The notes beneath the pieces were generated by a model, which saw only the letters and a program-made list of their open reading frames with translations, did not search any database and was not told the origin of the DNA. DNA of 47,631 nucleotides from a virus. Taxonomy: Duplodnaviria > Caudoviricetes. The position numbers were made by a program, and so were the translations under genes. The stretch spans positions 1 to 47,631 of the IMG/VR virus record IMGVR_UViG_3300033489_000015. One strand, written 5' to 3'. Shown piece after piece: positions 33,472-42,136 of the stretch (position 1 is its first letter; every line of letters begins with the position of its first letter).

Positions 33472-35168
33472 TACTCGACATGATTACAGCCAGCCTCGTC
33501 GCCCGCCAGAAGGAGATGGAGGACGACCGGGAGCAATACGAAGGACTCATGCAGGACGCCTCGGACTGGGTGAATCCGCGCAGACAGGATTGGATCGGAG
33601 CCAGCCGGGGCCAGTATCGACAGTCCAAGATGTACTCGGCGGTCGCCCAGGACGCCATGCTGACCTGGGTGGATGGAGTGCTCGGCTGGGGGATCTCCGA
33701 GGCCATGCCCTGGTTCGAGACCCGCCTGAATACCCGCAAGGCCAGAGAATCTCCCGCCCTGCGACGTTACTGCCAGGAATACAACGAACAGATGATGTTC
33801 GAGTTCGGGGAGAGCAACTTCTACGAGGTGTTCCCGGAGGGCCTGCGGGATGGGGCGTCGGTAGGGAACGCGACGATGGTCACCCTGGACGACGACGGTG
33901 TGGCCATGGACCTCGTCTGTCATCCGAGGCAGATATGGATCATGCTCGACTTCTGGGGCCGCGTGATTGCCGTTCACCGCAAGTTCACGATGACCGCCCG
34001 GCAGGCCCGTATCTTTTTTAAGGGCCCGGACGACCGCCTGTCCAAGGAGCTTGTCAAGGATTCCCAGGACCCCGCCCAAGATCACAACGAGTACGAGTTC
34101 CTGCACTGCGTCTGCAAGAACGACGACGAGGCCGTCTTTGAGGCCAAGCAGACCTTCAAGCCGTGGGCCAGCGTCTATATCGAGTGCGGACCCATCCTGC
34201 CCGGCTCGACCCCACGGCAGGGCAATGTCGCCCAGATGGTCCGCCTCAAGGGCTTCGACTTCAACCCCTATACCGTCTGGCTCTTCAGGAGAAACTCGGA
34301 CGAGTCAAACGGGTACAGCCCGGCCATGGACGTCATGGTCGAGATATACAAGAGCCAACAGTTCGGCAAGGACCTGCTCCTGGCTTCGCACCTGTCCGTT
34401 GACCCGGCCTTTATGATCCCGGAGGAACTACGAAACGACTACTCACTCCTTCCGCACGGCCGGAACTTCTACCGGGACCCCAAGAAGGTCATCTCGCCCA
34501 TCTTCCAGGGCCTCAATTTCCCCATCGGCCTGGACCGGGAGAATGCCTGCAATGATCTGATCCGGGGTCGGTACGGATACACCTTCTGGAAGGGCCTCAA
34601 CATGATTGCCTCACAAAAGGGCAAGGAGCGGGTCACCGCCACGCAGATCATGGAATGGCAGGCCGAGACGGCGGTGTTGCTCGTTTCGCAGGTGGGCAAC
34701 CTGTACCGCGACTTCGTCACACCTATCTGGGACAAGAAGGCCGCGATAACCCAGCGAGCCGGACGCCTGCCTGACCCGCCCGGCCAACTGGACGAGTACC
34801 AGGGCAAGAACGTCATCAAGCCGCGGTTCATCGGACCCCTGGCTCAGGCACAGGAGCAGTTGTTTAGGATGAGGGGAATCAAGACAGGCCTCAATATGAT
34901 CCTGCCCCTGGAACAGACTCACCCCGAAATGGGCGACCGCGTCAACTGGTCTGAGACGGGCGAGGATATCCTGGTTTCGTCCGGCTTCCCGCAGCGACTC
35001 ATGTTCGACGACGACGAGGTCCGCCAGATCCAGCAGGGCCGACAGGACGCACTCAATCAGAAGATGCAAATGGAACAGGCGGCGGCGGCGGGACAGGCCG
35101 TACCCAAGTTGTCCAAGCCGATCGAGAAAGGCAGTCCGATGGAGGCCATGGCGAACATGGCCGGATAG
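33468..35168 (+). CDS. Portal / head-to-tail connector (Bbp21/T7 gp8-like)
   Basis: GAGGAG RBS; PWF, SNFYE, GYSPAM, RVTATQI and FIGPLAQAQ motifs. Confidence 0.9.
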   Translation: MILDMITASLVARQKEMEDDREQYEGLMQDASDWVNPRRQDWIGASRGQYRQSKMYSAVAQDAMLTWVDGVLGWGISEAMPWFETRLNTRKARESPALRRYCQEYNEQMMFEFGESNFYEVFPEGLRDGASVGNATMVTLDDDGVAMDLVCHPRQIWIMLDFWGRVIAVHRKFTMTARQARIFFKGPDDRLSKELVKDSQDPAQDHNEYEFLHCVCKNDDEAVFEAKQTFKPWASVYIECGPILPGSTPRQGNVAQMVRLKGFDFNPYTVWLFRRNSDESNGYSPAMDVMVEIYKSQQFGKDLLLASHLSVDPAFMIPEELRNDYSLLPHGRNFYRDPKKVISPIFQGLNFPIGLDRENACNDLIRGRYGYTFWKGLNMIASQKGKERVTATQIMEWQAETAVLLVSQVGNLYRDFVTPIWDKKAAITQRAGRLPDPPGQLDEYQGKNVIKPRFIGPLAQAQEQLFRMRGIKTGLNMILPLEQTHPEMGDRVNWSETGEDILVSSGFPQRLMFDDDEVRQIQQGRQDALNQKMQMEQAAAAGQAVPKLSKPIEKGSPMEAMANMAG

Positions 35169-35177
35169 GAGGAACAG

Positions 35178-35606
35178 ATGAAGGCTAGAATCAAGACGTT
35201 GGATGAGATCGTGAGACTGGAAGAGGTTCATATTGTCGAGGTGGCAGGCAATGGGACGGTGAAGTTGGAAGTCGAACAGGGGACCTTTTTTTGGATGAGC
35301 ACAGACATGATTAGCTTCCTTGGTACGGTCCAGAACGTGCAAGACATGCCGCCCAAAGGGCTGATCTCTATCTACCGGGTACTTGGGAGGAGAGATGTCA
35401 TTCCGGCCAACTGGCTGGAGATCCTGCCGGAAGAGCCCCTGCCGTGTCCGTGGTGCGGCGCAACGCCGCGCATATTGAAGCCGAATCCAGAGCGATGGGC
35501 CGTGGGTTGCGGATACGACCAGTGTCCGTTGTCGGTATCGCCGCCGAACGCATTTGATCTATCCCGCGAACAGGCCATTCAAAGATGGAACGACAGAAAG
35601 GGGTGA
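35178..35606 (+). CDS. Protein with a C-terminal Lar (restriction-alleviation)-like Zn domain
   Basis: LPCPWCGATP...VGCGYDQC...SREQAIQRWNDR; AGGAGG RBS. Confidence 0.65.
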   Translation: MKARIKTLDEIVRLEEVHIVEVAGNGTVKLEVEQGTFFWMSTDMISFLGTVQNVQDMPPKGLISIYRVLGRRDVIPANWLEILPEEPLPCPWCGATPRILKPNPERWAVGCGYDQCPLSVSPPNAFDLSREQAIQRWNDRKG

Positions 35607-35609
35607 ACT

Positions 35610-35732
35610 GTGCGCAAGGGCAAGAGTGTGTACCACTGTCATGGCAAGGACAAGGGCAAGAAGATCAGGACCTATTCCAGTGTCGCCAAGGCCAAGGCGG
35701 CACACCGGGCCATGAGTAGGAAGAAGAAGTGA
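35610..35732 (+). CDS. 40-aa highly basic peptide
   Basis: GTG start after GGGGTG; MRKGKSVYHCHGKDKGKKIRTYSSVAKAKAAHRAMSRKKK; stop overlaps the next start. Confidence 0.5.
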   Translation: MRKGKSVYHCHGKDKGKKIRTYSSVAKAKAAHRAMSRKKK

Positions 35733-36022
35733 CCTTTCAGACTCAGCAAGACCGCATCCGGGCTTACCGGCAGGTATTTGAGACGGCCGCGGGCAGGCTC
35801 GTCCTCCAGGACCTTCTGGAGAACGCCTTTCTATTGGGGCCCCCGGAGGAGTTCAAATACGACCAGCCCGACCGCGTAGCCAGGGACCGGGCCATCCTGC
35901 GGGCCTTTGGGACCGAAATCCTGGTCAATATGGGGATCTGGACGGAGGAGCAGGAGAAGACAATCGTGGATGCCCTCGTGGGCATTACGCCGTTACCGCT
36001 GAACAGGCCGTACCCAAAATGA
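35729..36022 (+). CDS. Bbp19-like head morphogenesis protein
   Basis: AYRQVFETAAGRLVLQDL motif; located between portal and scaffold. Confidence 0.75.
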   Translation: MTFQTQQDRIRAYRQVFETAAGRLVLQDLLENAFLLGPPEEFKYDQPDRVARDRAILRAFGTEILVNMGIWTEEQEKTIVDALVGITPLPLNRPYPK

Positions 36023-36055
36023 ATGAAGAAGTGGCGACAGGGAAGGCAGAATAAT

Positions 36056-36325
36056 ATGGGAGATACGTTTACCGGATGGAATTCTTCCGCCGAGAAACAG
36101 ACCGTGCGTTTACCTGATGGGCGATTGGCGATAGAGACTAGTCAATCGCACGTTGGAGAATGGGAGACTTGGACGGACTTTGATTATAATGTAGACACAA
36201 CCGGATTGGCTCGTGATTTGCGTGGCCGGATAAAAGGCGTCACGGACTATCTTCCAAAGGAAAAAATCAAACGGAGAAAGGAGAACACACATGGAAATCA
36301 TAAAGAACACAGAAGGCCTTTATAG
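36056..36325 (+). CDS. Hypothetical protein
   Basis: ORF fills the gap; start uncertain (36023 or 36056). Confidence 0.35.
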   Translation: MGDTFTGWNSSAEKQTVRLPDGRLAIETSQSHVGEWETWTDFDYNVDTTGLARDLRGRIKGVTDYLPKEKIKRRKENTHGNHKEHRRPL

Positions 36326-37088
36326 GCTGATTACTGAAAACGCCTCTATTCCGACCATCTGGAGAGGACAAAGGGGTCTGGATTTGAGGTCTGATTTCGA
36401 TAAACTTTATACCGGACCCGGAGGATCTATGCGCCAAGATGCCCTGGTCCGGCAAAGGCAATCTTATCTGTATGCCGCAAAGGGCCGGTTGGATGGATTT
36501 GACTTGTCAATCTCAGAAGTGAAACACCTGGCTATGGCCAAGGCGATCAACGCCAATCACATCTGGTCGCTCGGCCACTACTACGGACTGGCTACTCCAT
36601 TGATTGCGTGGACCACATCGCCTTTGGTGGCGGCATATCAGGCGATTGAGGCGATCATGGGCGGAAACGAGAAGGGCTGCATATATGCCTTGAGGTATCG
36701 GACGTGCCGAGAACTTTCCCTCAAATCTGCCTCGCACAAGGCAAGGGAAGCAAAATCAGACGAAGCCCTTTTGGCTCCGTTCGACTATTTTAGCCCCATT
36801 GCCCCACCCTATGGGAAATTTATGTCCCAATCCACAATCTTCACGATCTGCGAGGACGAAAGGCCCGTCGATATCTGGGCACGATATCTTGAAGCTGAGT
36901 ACGGGAGCAAGGACCTTCTTGTTGGGTTTGAGCTGGACTGTTCAGATATGGGTGAGATGCTTCGGGGTCTCTCCATGGCTGGAGTAACCGCCTCCTCTCT
37001 GTACTCGGACATGCACCGCGTGACGAACTTCTGTAATCTCGGCATCAGGTTTCCAAAATACGCCGACCTCCTCATCGCGGACGAATGA
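36291..37088 (+). CDS. FRG-domain protein (divergent)
   Basis: IWRGQ...LGHYYGLATPLIAWTTSPLVAAY...SQSTIFTI...GVTASSLYSDM. Confidence 0.8.
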   Translation: MEIIKNTEGLYRLITENASIPTIWRGQRGLDLRSDFDKLYTGPGGSMRQDALVRQRQSYLYAAKGRLDGFDLSISEVKHLAMAKAINANHIWSLGHYYGLATPLIAWTTSPLVAAYQAIEAIMGGNEKGCIYALRYRTCRELSLKSASHKAREAKSDEALLAPFDYFSPIAPPYGKFMSQSTIFTICEDERPVDIWARYLEAEYGSKDLLVGFELDCSDMGEMLRGLSMAGVTASSLYSDMHRVTNFCNLGIRFPKYADLLIADE

Positions 37089-37124
37089 AAGCCCCGGAAC
37101 AGGCACCCAATAAGGAGGCAAAAC

Positions 37125-37358
37125 ATGGCAAGCGTACAAGATATTAGAGAGGCCGGAAGATTCTTTTTTTCCGGGATGAGCCTGACGAATAGAACGTATT
37201 TTGGCGTTCCGCTCGACAATGATAATTCCTGTTGTGAAACCGCCGATTTTGAGGGATTTGAGAGAGAAAAGACCAAGCAGGCCGGAAGAGCGTTTTATGA
37301 AGGGATGTCCCTTAAAGGAAGGACATTTAGGGGCTTCCTTCTTGATGAGCCCGAGTAA
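37125..37358 (+). CDS. Small protein with an internal duplication
   Basis: TAAGGAGG RBS; AGRFFFSGMSLTNRTYFG and AGRAFYEGMSLKGRTFRG. Confidence 0.65.
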   Translation: MASVQDIREAGRFFFSGMSLTNRTYFGVPLDNDNSCCETADFEGFEREKTKQAGRAFYEGMSLKGRTFRGFLLDEPE

Positions 37359-37391
37359 TCCATTGACCAGAACAAAGAAAGGATTCAAAAG

Positions 37392-37781
37392 ATGGCAAAG
37401 CTCAGAAATGAGATGGAGGCCCGGGCACACCTCAAGGGTCTTGACCCGGAAAAGATCAGGAAGTTCAGGCATATCAAGAAGTTTAGCGTTTGTCTTTATG
37501 AAGGCGCCAAGCTTCATGGTGACGGAGAGGTGGACAGGATTATCGGTGCCATCAATGTCCAGACCGCAGGCGGAGTGTCGGTCATCGACTGCGATATCGC
37601 CCCAGATCAGACCGAGAAGGACGAGGTCGTCACGCTCCTGGCCGCGATTCACCTGGGCTTCCGCGACCTGTTCCCGAAGTTTAAGGGCCAGATCACCCCG
37701 GCCATGATCGAGAAGCGGGCCAAGGAACTAGACGCCGAGAACCATCCGGCGCCCGTTGATCCCACGAAGGAGGCCAAATAA
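37392..37781 (+). CDS. Hypothetical protein
   Basis: AAAGGA RBS; phage-typical GC3 codon use. Confidence 0.65.
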   Translation: MAKLRNEMEARAHLKGLDPEKIRKFRHIKKFSVCLYEGAKLHGDGEVDRIIGAINVQTAGGVSVIDCDIAPDQTEKDEVVTLLAAIHLGFRDLFPKFKGQITPAMIEKRAKELDAENHPAPVDPTKEAK

Positions 37782-38104
37782 TGCCAGCCGCTGAATTAAG
37801 GGGCTTAGTTGTGGCTCTCGATATTGATACGTCGGAGCTGTGTTTATGGATAGGCGAACGCAGTGTCGTTTACCCCTGTACTGCCAACGACAAAATCAAC
37901 GCGAAGGATACTGTGTGCGAGTTGATTGGCTCGACGTACTGTGCTGCTATGACTCTTCTTCTTCGCAAAGACAAAGAGGATTGGAACGACGAGGATCGTG
38001 AGATTCCAACAAAGAGCATAATGGAGGCAATTCAACGACAAATGAATGCTCCGCTGGATAGGATTTTGACAACCATAGAACGTCCCACGAAGGAGGGCAA
38101 ATAA
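37781..38104 (+). CDS. AT-richer hypothetical protein flanked by 26-bp direct repeats
   Basis: TCCCACGAAGGAGGSCAAATAATGCC at 37760-37785 and 38083-38108. Confidence 0.65.
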   Translation: MPAAELRGLVVALDIDTSELCLWIGERSVVYPCTANDKINAKDTVCELIGSTYCAAMTLLLRKDKEDWNDEDREIPTKSIMEAIQRQMNAPLDRILTTIERPTKEGK

Positions 38105-38931
38105 TGCCTGGAATCAAGGAGTTCATCGAAGATGACGGATCGTTGAAAGAGGGTTGGGCCGGACAGTTGGGCCTGCCGCCTGAGATCGCCGGGGCCGAGA
38201 TGCTCAAGACGGCCAACGTCAAGAATCTTGCGGGCTTGGTGACCAGTGTGGTGGCCGACCGCAGCGAGATAGGCAGACGCCCGCGCGTGCCCACGGACCT
38301 TAAGGACTTTCCAGAGTTCGCCCGCAAACACCTGGGCGCCGGGGCCAAGCCGGAGGAGTACGAGTTCGAGCGGCCCAAGGATCTGCCTGCCGGGGCCACT
38401 TATGACGAGGCCGCGGAGAAGGCCTGGGCGGCCAGGGCCGTGGAGCTGGGTATCCCCAAGGGGATTGCCAAGGAGGCCCACAAATTCTTCAACTCCGTAC
38501 AGTTGGACGCCGCCCGTGCCGCCGTCCAGGCCCAGCAGGAACGCGCCGCCGCAGCCAAGCAGGCCCTCGAAGGCAAATACGGTAAGGAACTGCCCAAGAT
38601 TCTGGCCAAGGCCGCACAGGTCTATATCGCCTTCACAACCGAGGACCACCGCAAGGCCATGGGGGCCACGACTCCGGAGGCCGTGGTTGAGACGCTTGGC
38701 CGAGATCCCATCATGGTCGAATTCCTGTCGGCCATAGCCGAACACCTCGGCGACGATCAGTTCATCCAAGGCAAGTCCGGGGGAAGCGGAAGCCCGGATA
38801 AGGACTGGAAGCCCAGGTATCCAGAGTGGCCGGACCTCTACAAGAACGCCACCAAGTATCCCAAGGAGCACGCTTGGTTTGTGGGCCGCGGGTTCGACTT
38901 TTCGAGAATGGCCTATACAAAAACTGCTTGA
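38104..38931 (+). CDS. Capsid assembly scaffolding protein
   Basis: KPEEYEFERP.DLP...ELGIPK..AK...LEGKYG pattern; immediately upstream of the capsid gene. Confidence 0.75.
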   Translation: MPGIKEFIEDDGSLKEGWAGQLGLPPEIAGAEMLKTANVKNLAGLVTSVVADRSEIGRRPRVPTDLKDFPEFARKHLGAGAKPEEYEFERPKDLPAGATYDEAAEKAWAARAVELGIPKGIAKEAHKFFNSVQLDAARAAVQAQQERAAAAKQALEGKYGKELPKILAKAAQVYIAFTTEDHRKAMGATTPEAVVETLGRDPIMVEFLSAIAEHLGDDQFIQGKSGGSGSPDKDWKPRYPEWPDLYKNATKYPKEHAWFVGRGFDFSRMAYTKTA

Positions 38932-38961
38932 CAGAGTCAACCGCCTCCGATAAGAGGTGTT
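38928..38961 (+). promoter_or_regulatory. Late promoter/operator motif B (upstream of the major capsid gene)
   Basis: TTGACA-gagt-CAACCGCCTCCGATAAGAGGTGTT. Confidence 0.55.
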
Positions 38962-39108
38962 CAGAATTGTGCCGGGGCACCCCCTCGTTGAGGGGTCCGA
39001 CTGCTTCGGTCCAAAAGTAGGACCACCTACCCTGGTTAAAGGGTAGTGGGGTCTGCACTTCGCAGGGAACCTCACGTCAAACGTAACTCTTGATGTGGGA
39101 GTATCCCT

Positions 39109-40077
39109 ATGGCAACAAAGACATTCACGACGCGCGAGAACTATTTGAACATTCTCGCTGCGACCCACAACAATGAACTGTTGCCTGTCATGGAGGTCAT
39201 TTCCGAGGTCAATCCCATCGTCTTCGACGCCCCGACGATTGAGGCCACCGACATGGTCAGTCACCGGGGTTCTCGGCGGACATCCCTTCCTCAGCCCGTA
39301 TGGACGAAGATCGGAAACGGATGGACCACAGGATTTGCCAGACAGCAGCCGTTCACCGAGGGCATTGGGACCCTCAAGCTCAGGGAGCAGATCAACAAGG
39401 ACCTGCTTCGCATCCAACCCAACCCGGAAGGGTACGTCTCCCAGCAGGAGCGGGCCTTCCAGGAAGGATTCGCCCAGGAAACGGCCAACACGATCTTCTA
39501 CGGGTCCAGCATCACGGCCCCCGAAGAGTTCGACGGCCTGCACGTCCGATACGGGGCCGTAGCCGCAAACAGCGTCTACAACAACGGCGAGACGGCCGGA
39601 TCAGTCACCAGTGCATGGCTGGTTCAATGGAAGGAAGGCGAATGCGGTCTCCTGCGACCCCGGTTCGATCCGGCCGTCGGCCTGACCCGCGAACCGATGC
39701 CCGACCAGCTCCTCGATGGAGACGACAGCAACAAGGCGTGGTTCAAGGTAGTCGAGTGGGCCTGGAACATCGGCCTACTCATCGGCGACACCCGCAGGGT
39801 CAAGAGGATCTGCAACATCAACCCGTCCTGGTCCGATGCCCAGTGCCTCGACAGTAGGGTCCTCATCGAAGCCCAGAACGACTTCACGGACAAGGCCACG
39901 CCGATCATCATGTACTGCAACACGGCGGTTGCCACCCAGTTGGACATCGACGCCAGCCTCAAGGGCAACGTCATCTGGTCCAGCGACAACGTCTGGGGCG
40001 TCCCGATCCGTATGTTCCGAGGCATGCCCGTTCGCGTCTGTGACGCGATAACCGAAACCGAGTCCGTCTTGAGCTAA
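39109..40077 (+). CDS. Major capsid protein (BPP-1 Bbp17-like)
   Basis: NPIVFDAP.IEA...RTSLP.P.W; TIFYG...PEEFDGLHVRY; RICNI; FRGMPVRVCDAITETE. Confidence 0.9.
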   Translation: MATKTFTTRENYLNILAATHNNELLPVMEVISEVNPIVFDAPTIEATDMVSHRGSRRTSLPQPVWTKIGNGWTTGFARQQPFTEGIGTLKLREQINKDLLRIQPNPEGYVSQQERAFQEGFAQETANTIFYGSSITAPEEFDGLHVRYGAVAANSVYNNGETAGSVTSAWLVQWKEGECGLLRPRFDPAVGLTREPMPDQLLDGDDSNKAWFKVVEWAWNIGLLIGDTRRVKRICNINPSWSDAQCLDSRVLIEAQNDFTDKATPIIMYCNTAVATQLDIDASLKGNVIWSSDNVWGVPIRMFRGMPVRVCDAITETESVLS

Positions 40078-40089
40078 AGGAGACCGCAC

Positions 40090-40524
40090 ATGCGTTTTGA
40101 TGCTCTTTTCGAGTTCGCAGACGGACAGTCGATGCCCAACGGCGCGACTACCATCTGCACAAACGTCCTGAATTGGGACGAAAACAACCTCTATCCCGAA
40201 GCTGGGGTGGACGCCTTCGTTTGCGTCAGGGTCAACACGGCCCCGAGCGCAGGAACCAGTATCACGATCAAGTTGTATAAGCACACGGGCGCCACCATCA
40301 CCGACGGGACCCTTTTGCTTACTGGCGAGATTGTCCTCCAGGCCGCTGCCATAGCGGGGAAATGGTTGTTCGTGGAGAATCTTCCGGTCGGCTGCAATAC
40401 CGTCGACTACTTCGGCGTCGTTATGACCGGGTCTGGCGACGTCAGTTCGGGCAAAATCGACGCCTTCATCCTGCCCTACAACCCACAGCAGTCAACCCAA
40501 GTGACGGCGTCCAACATCACCTAG
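40090..40524 (+). CDS. Capsid cement/decoration protein (Bbp16-like)
   Basis: MRFDALFEFADGQ...TNVLN...GKIDAFI; follows the capsid gene. Confidence 0.75.
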   Translation: MRFDALFEFADGQSMPNGATTICTNVLNWDENNLYPEAGVDAFVCVRVNTAPSAGTSITIKLYKHTGATITDGTLLLTGEIVLQAAAIAGKWLFVENLPVGCNTVDYFGVVMTGSGDVSSGKIDAFILPYNPQQSTQVTASNIT

Positions 40525-40539
40525 AAAGGGGTATGAATC

Positions 40540-42129
40540 ATGGCCAACATGGATAATAGTCTGAGTGGCCGCAGACCCGATTCTCGGTGGTGGACAGCCT
40601 CGACCGATCCGGCCACAAAATGGATCAACGAGGCCGAGTCCGATATCAACACGGCCAATTCTGATGTCGTCGTTCTCAAAAGCGACGTTCTCACCCTGAC
40701 GGCCGCCGTTGCCACGTCGGACTTGAGTACGGCCACGTCGGACATTACCGTTCTAAAGTCGGACATGACTGCCGAAAAATCCGATACCGTCGTGTTCAAG
40801 TCGGATATCACCTCTCTGAAGTCCGGAGAAACGGTGGATGCGTCGGATGTGGTTACGGCAACATCGGACGTTGTCGTCCTCAAGTCGGACATGACCTCCG
40901 AAAAGTCGGACACGGTAGTTTTCAAATCCGACATCGTTTCCTTGAAGTCGGATCGGACCTTCATCGCCTCTGATGTAACGGCGGAGAAGTCGGACACGGT
41001 CGTCTTCAAGAGCGACATTGTCTCGCTGAAGTCGGACAAGACCTACCTGGCCTCGGACGTCACTTCCGAGAAATCGGATACGGTCGTGTTCAAGAGCGAT
41101 ATCGTGTCGCTGAAGTCCGATCGGACTTTCCTGGCCTCCGACAACACCGCCCACAAATCGGACATCGTAGTCTTTAAGTCCGACATCACTGCCGAGAAGT
41201 CGGATACCGTGATCTTCAAGAGCGACGTGGTTTCTCTCAAGAGCAATCTCAAGATCGTCAGTGATGCTATCGCGACGACGGATACCTCCGACCTGGTCAC
41301 CGCCACAAGCGACATCGTGGTCTTGAAGTCGGACCGGACGGTCAACGCCAGTCACATCGCGGCACTGCGGTCAGACGCGGTGATCTACAAGTCGGACAAC
41401 GTCTCTGATCGATCGGACCTGACTTATCTCAAGTCAGACAACGTCTGGCAGGTCTCGGATGTTCACACGGCCACGTCGGACATCACCTACATCAAGACCG
41501 ATCTCACGGACAACGTGAAATCCAATATCACCTGGATGGAGTCCGATGCGGACACGGTCAAATCCGACGGCGTCGTGTTCAAGAGCGACATCACGTCACT
41601 CAAGAGCAACGACACCTTCCTGTCGTCGGATATGACCTCCGAGAAGTCCGATACCGTGGTGTTCAAGAGCGACATCACTGCACTCAAGTCGAACGATACG
41701 TTCTTGTCGTCCGACAACACCTCTCACAAGTCGGACATCGTGGTGTTCAAGTCGGACATCACATCACTCAAGAGTAACGACGTGGTCCTCGTTTCCGATA
41801 TGACGTCGGAAAAGTCGGACACGGTTGTATTCAAATCGGATATCACGGCCCTGAAGAGCAACGACACCTTCCTGTCTTCGGACAACACGTCCCACAAGTC
41901 GGACATTGTCGTGTTCAAGTCGGATATCACGTCGGAGAAGTCCGATACGGTGATTTTCAAGTCGGATATCACCGTCGGCACGTCCAATCTCACCGCCCTC
42001 CAAAGTGGTCTTCGGGCTTTCTGCTCGGACTTCAACGTGATGGAAGGCTCTGATGCCTGGGCGAACGTTTCCGACCTTCGTGTCAGCATCTCCGACATGA
42101 TGGTCATGTTGAGCAACCAGATAGGATAG
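40540..42129 (+). CDS. Ser-Asp heptad-repeat coiled-coil protein (putative head fibre)
   Basis: Near-continuous [IVMT]xx[LFE]KSD heptads with 28- and 56-aa super-repeats. Confidence 0.75.
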   Translation: MANMDNSLSGRRPDSRWWTASTDPATKWINEAESDINTANSDVVVLKSDVLTLTAAVATSDLSTATSDITVLKSDMTAEKSDTVVFKSDITSLKSGETVDASDVVTATSDVVVLKSDMTSEKSDTVVFKSDIVSLKSDRTFIASDVTAEKSDTVVFKSDIVSLKSDKTYLASDVTSEKSDTVVFKSDIVSLKSDRTFLASDNTAHKSDIVVFKSDITAEKSDTVIFKSDVVSLKSNLKIVSDAIATTDTSDLVTATSDIVVLKSDRTVNASHIAALRSDAVIYKSDNVSDRSDLTYLKSDNVWQVSDVHTATSDITYIKTDLTDNVKSNITWMESDADTVKSDGVVFKSDITSLKSNDTFLSSDMTSEKSDTVVFKSDITALKSNDTFLSSDNTSHKSDIVVFKSDITSLKSNDVVLVSDMTSEKSDTVVFKSDITALKSNDTFLSSDNTSHKSDIVVFKSDITSEKSDTVIFKSDITVGTSNLTALQSGLRAFCSDFNVMEGSDAWANVSDLRVSISDMMVMLSNQIG

Positions 42130-42136
42130 GAGTTTT

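Noticed and set aside
38032-39543. 503-aa minus-strand ORF and similar long antisense ORFs (e.g. 31626..32705, 9088..10131, 17990..18886)
   Set aside because: Antisense to well-supported genes; expected with high GC3; no motifs or RBS.
40521-42116. Minus-strand ORFs also showing SD repeats
   Set aside because: TCGGAC/TCCGAC codon pairs are near self-complementary, so the antisense frame mirrors the repeat; these ORFs are fragmented by stops.
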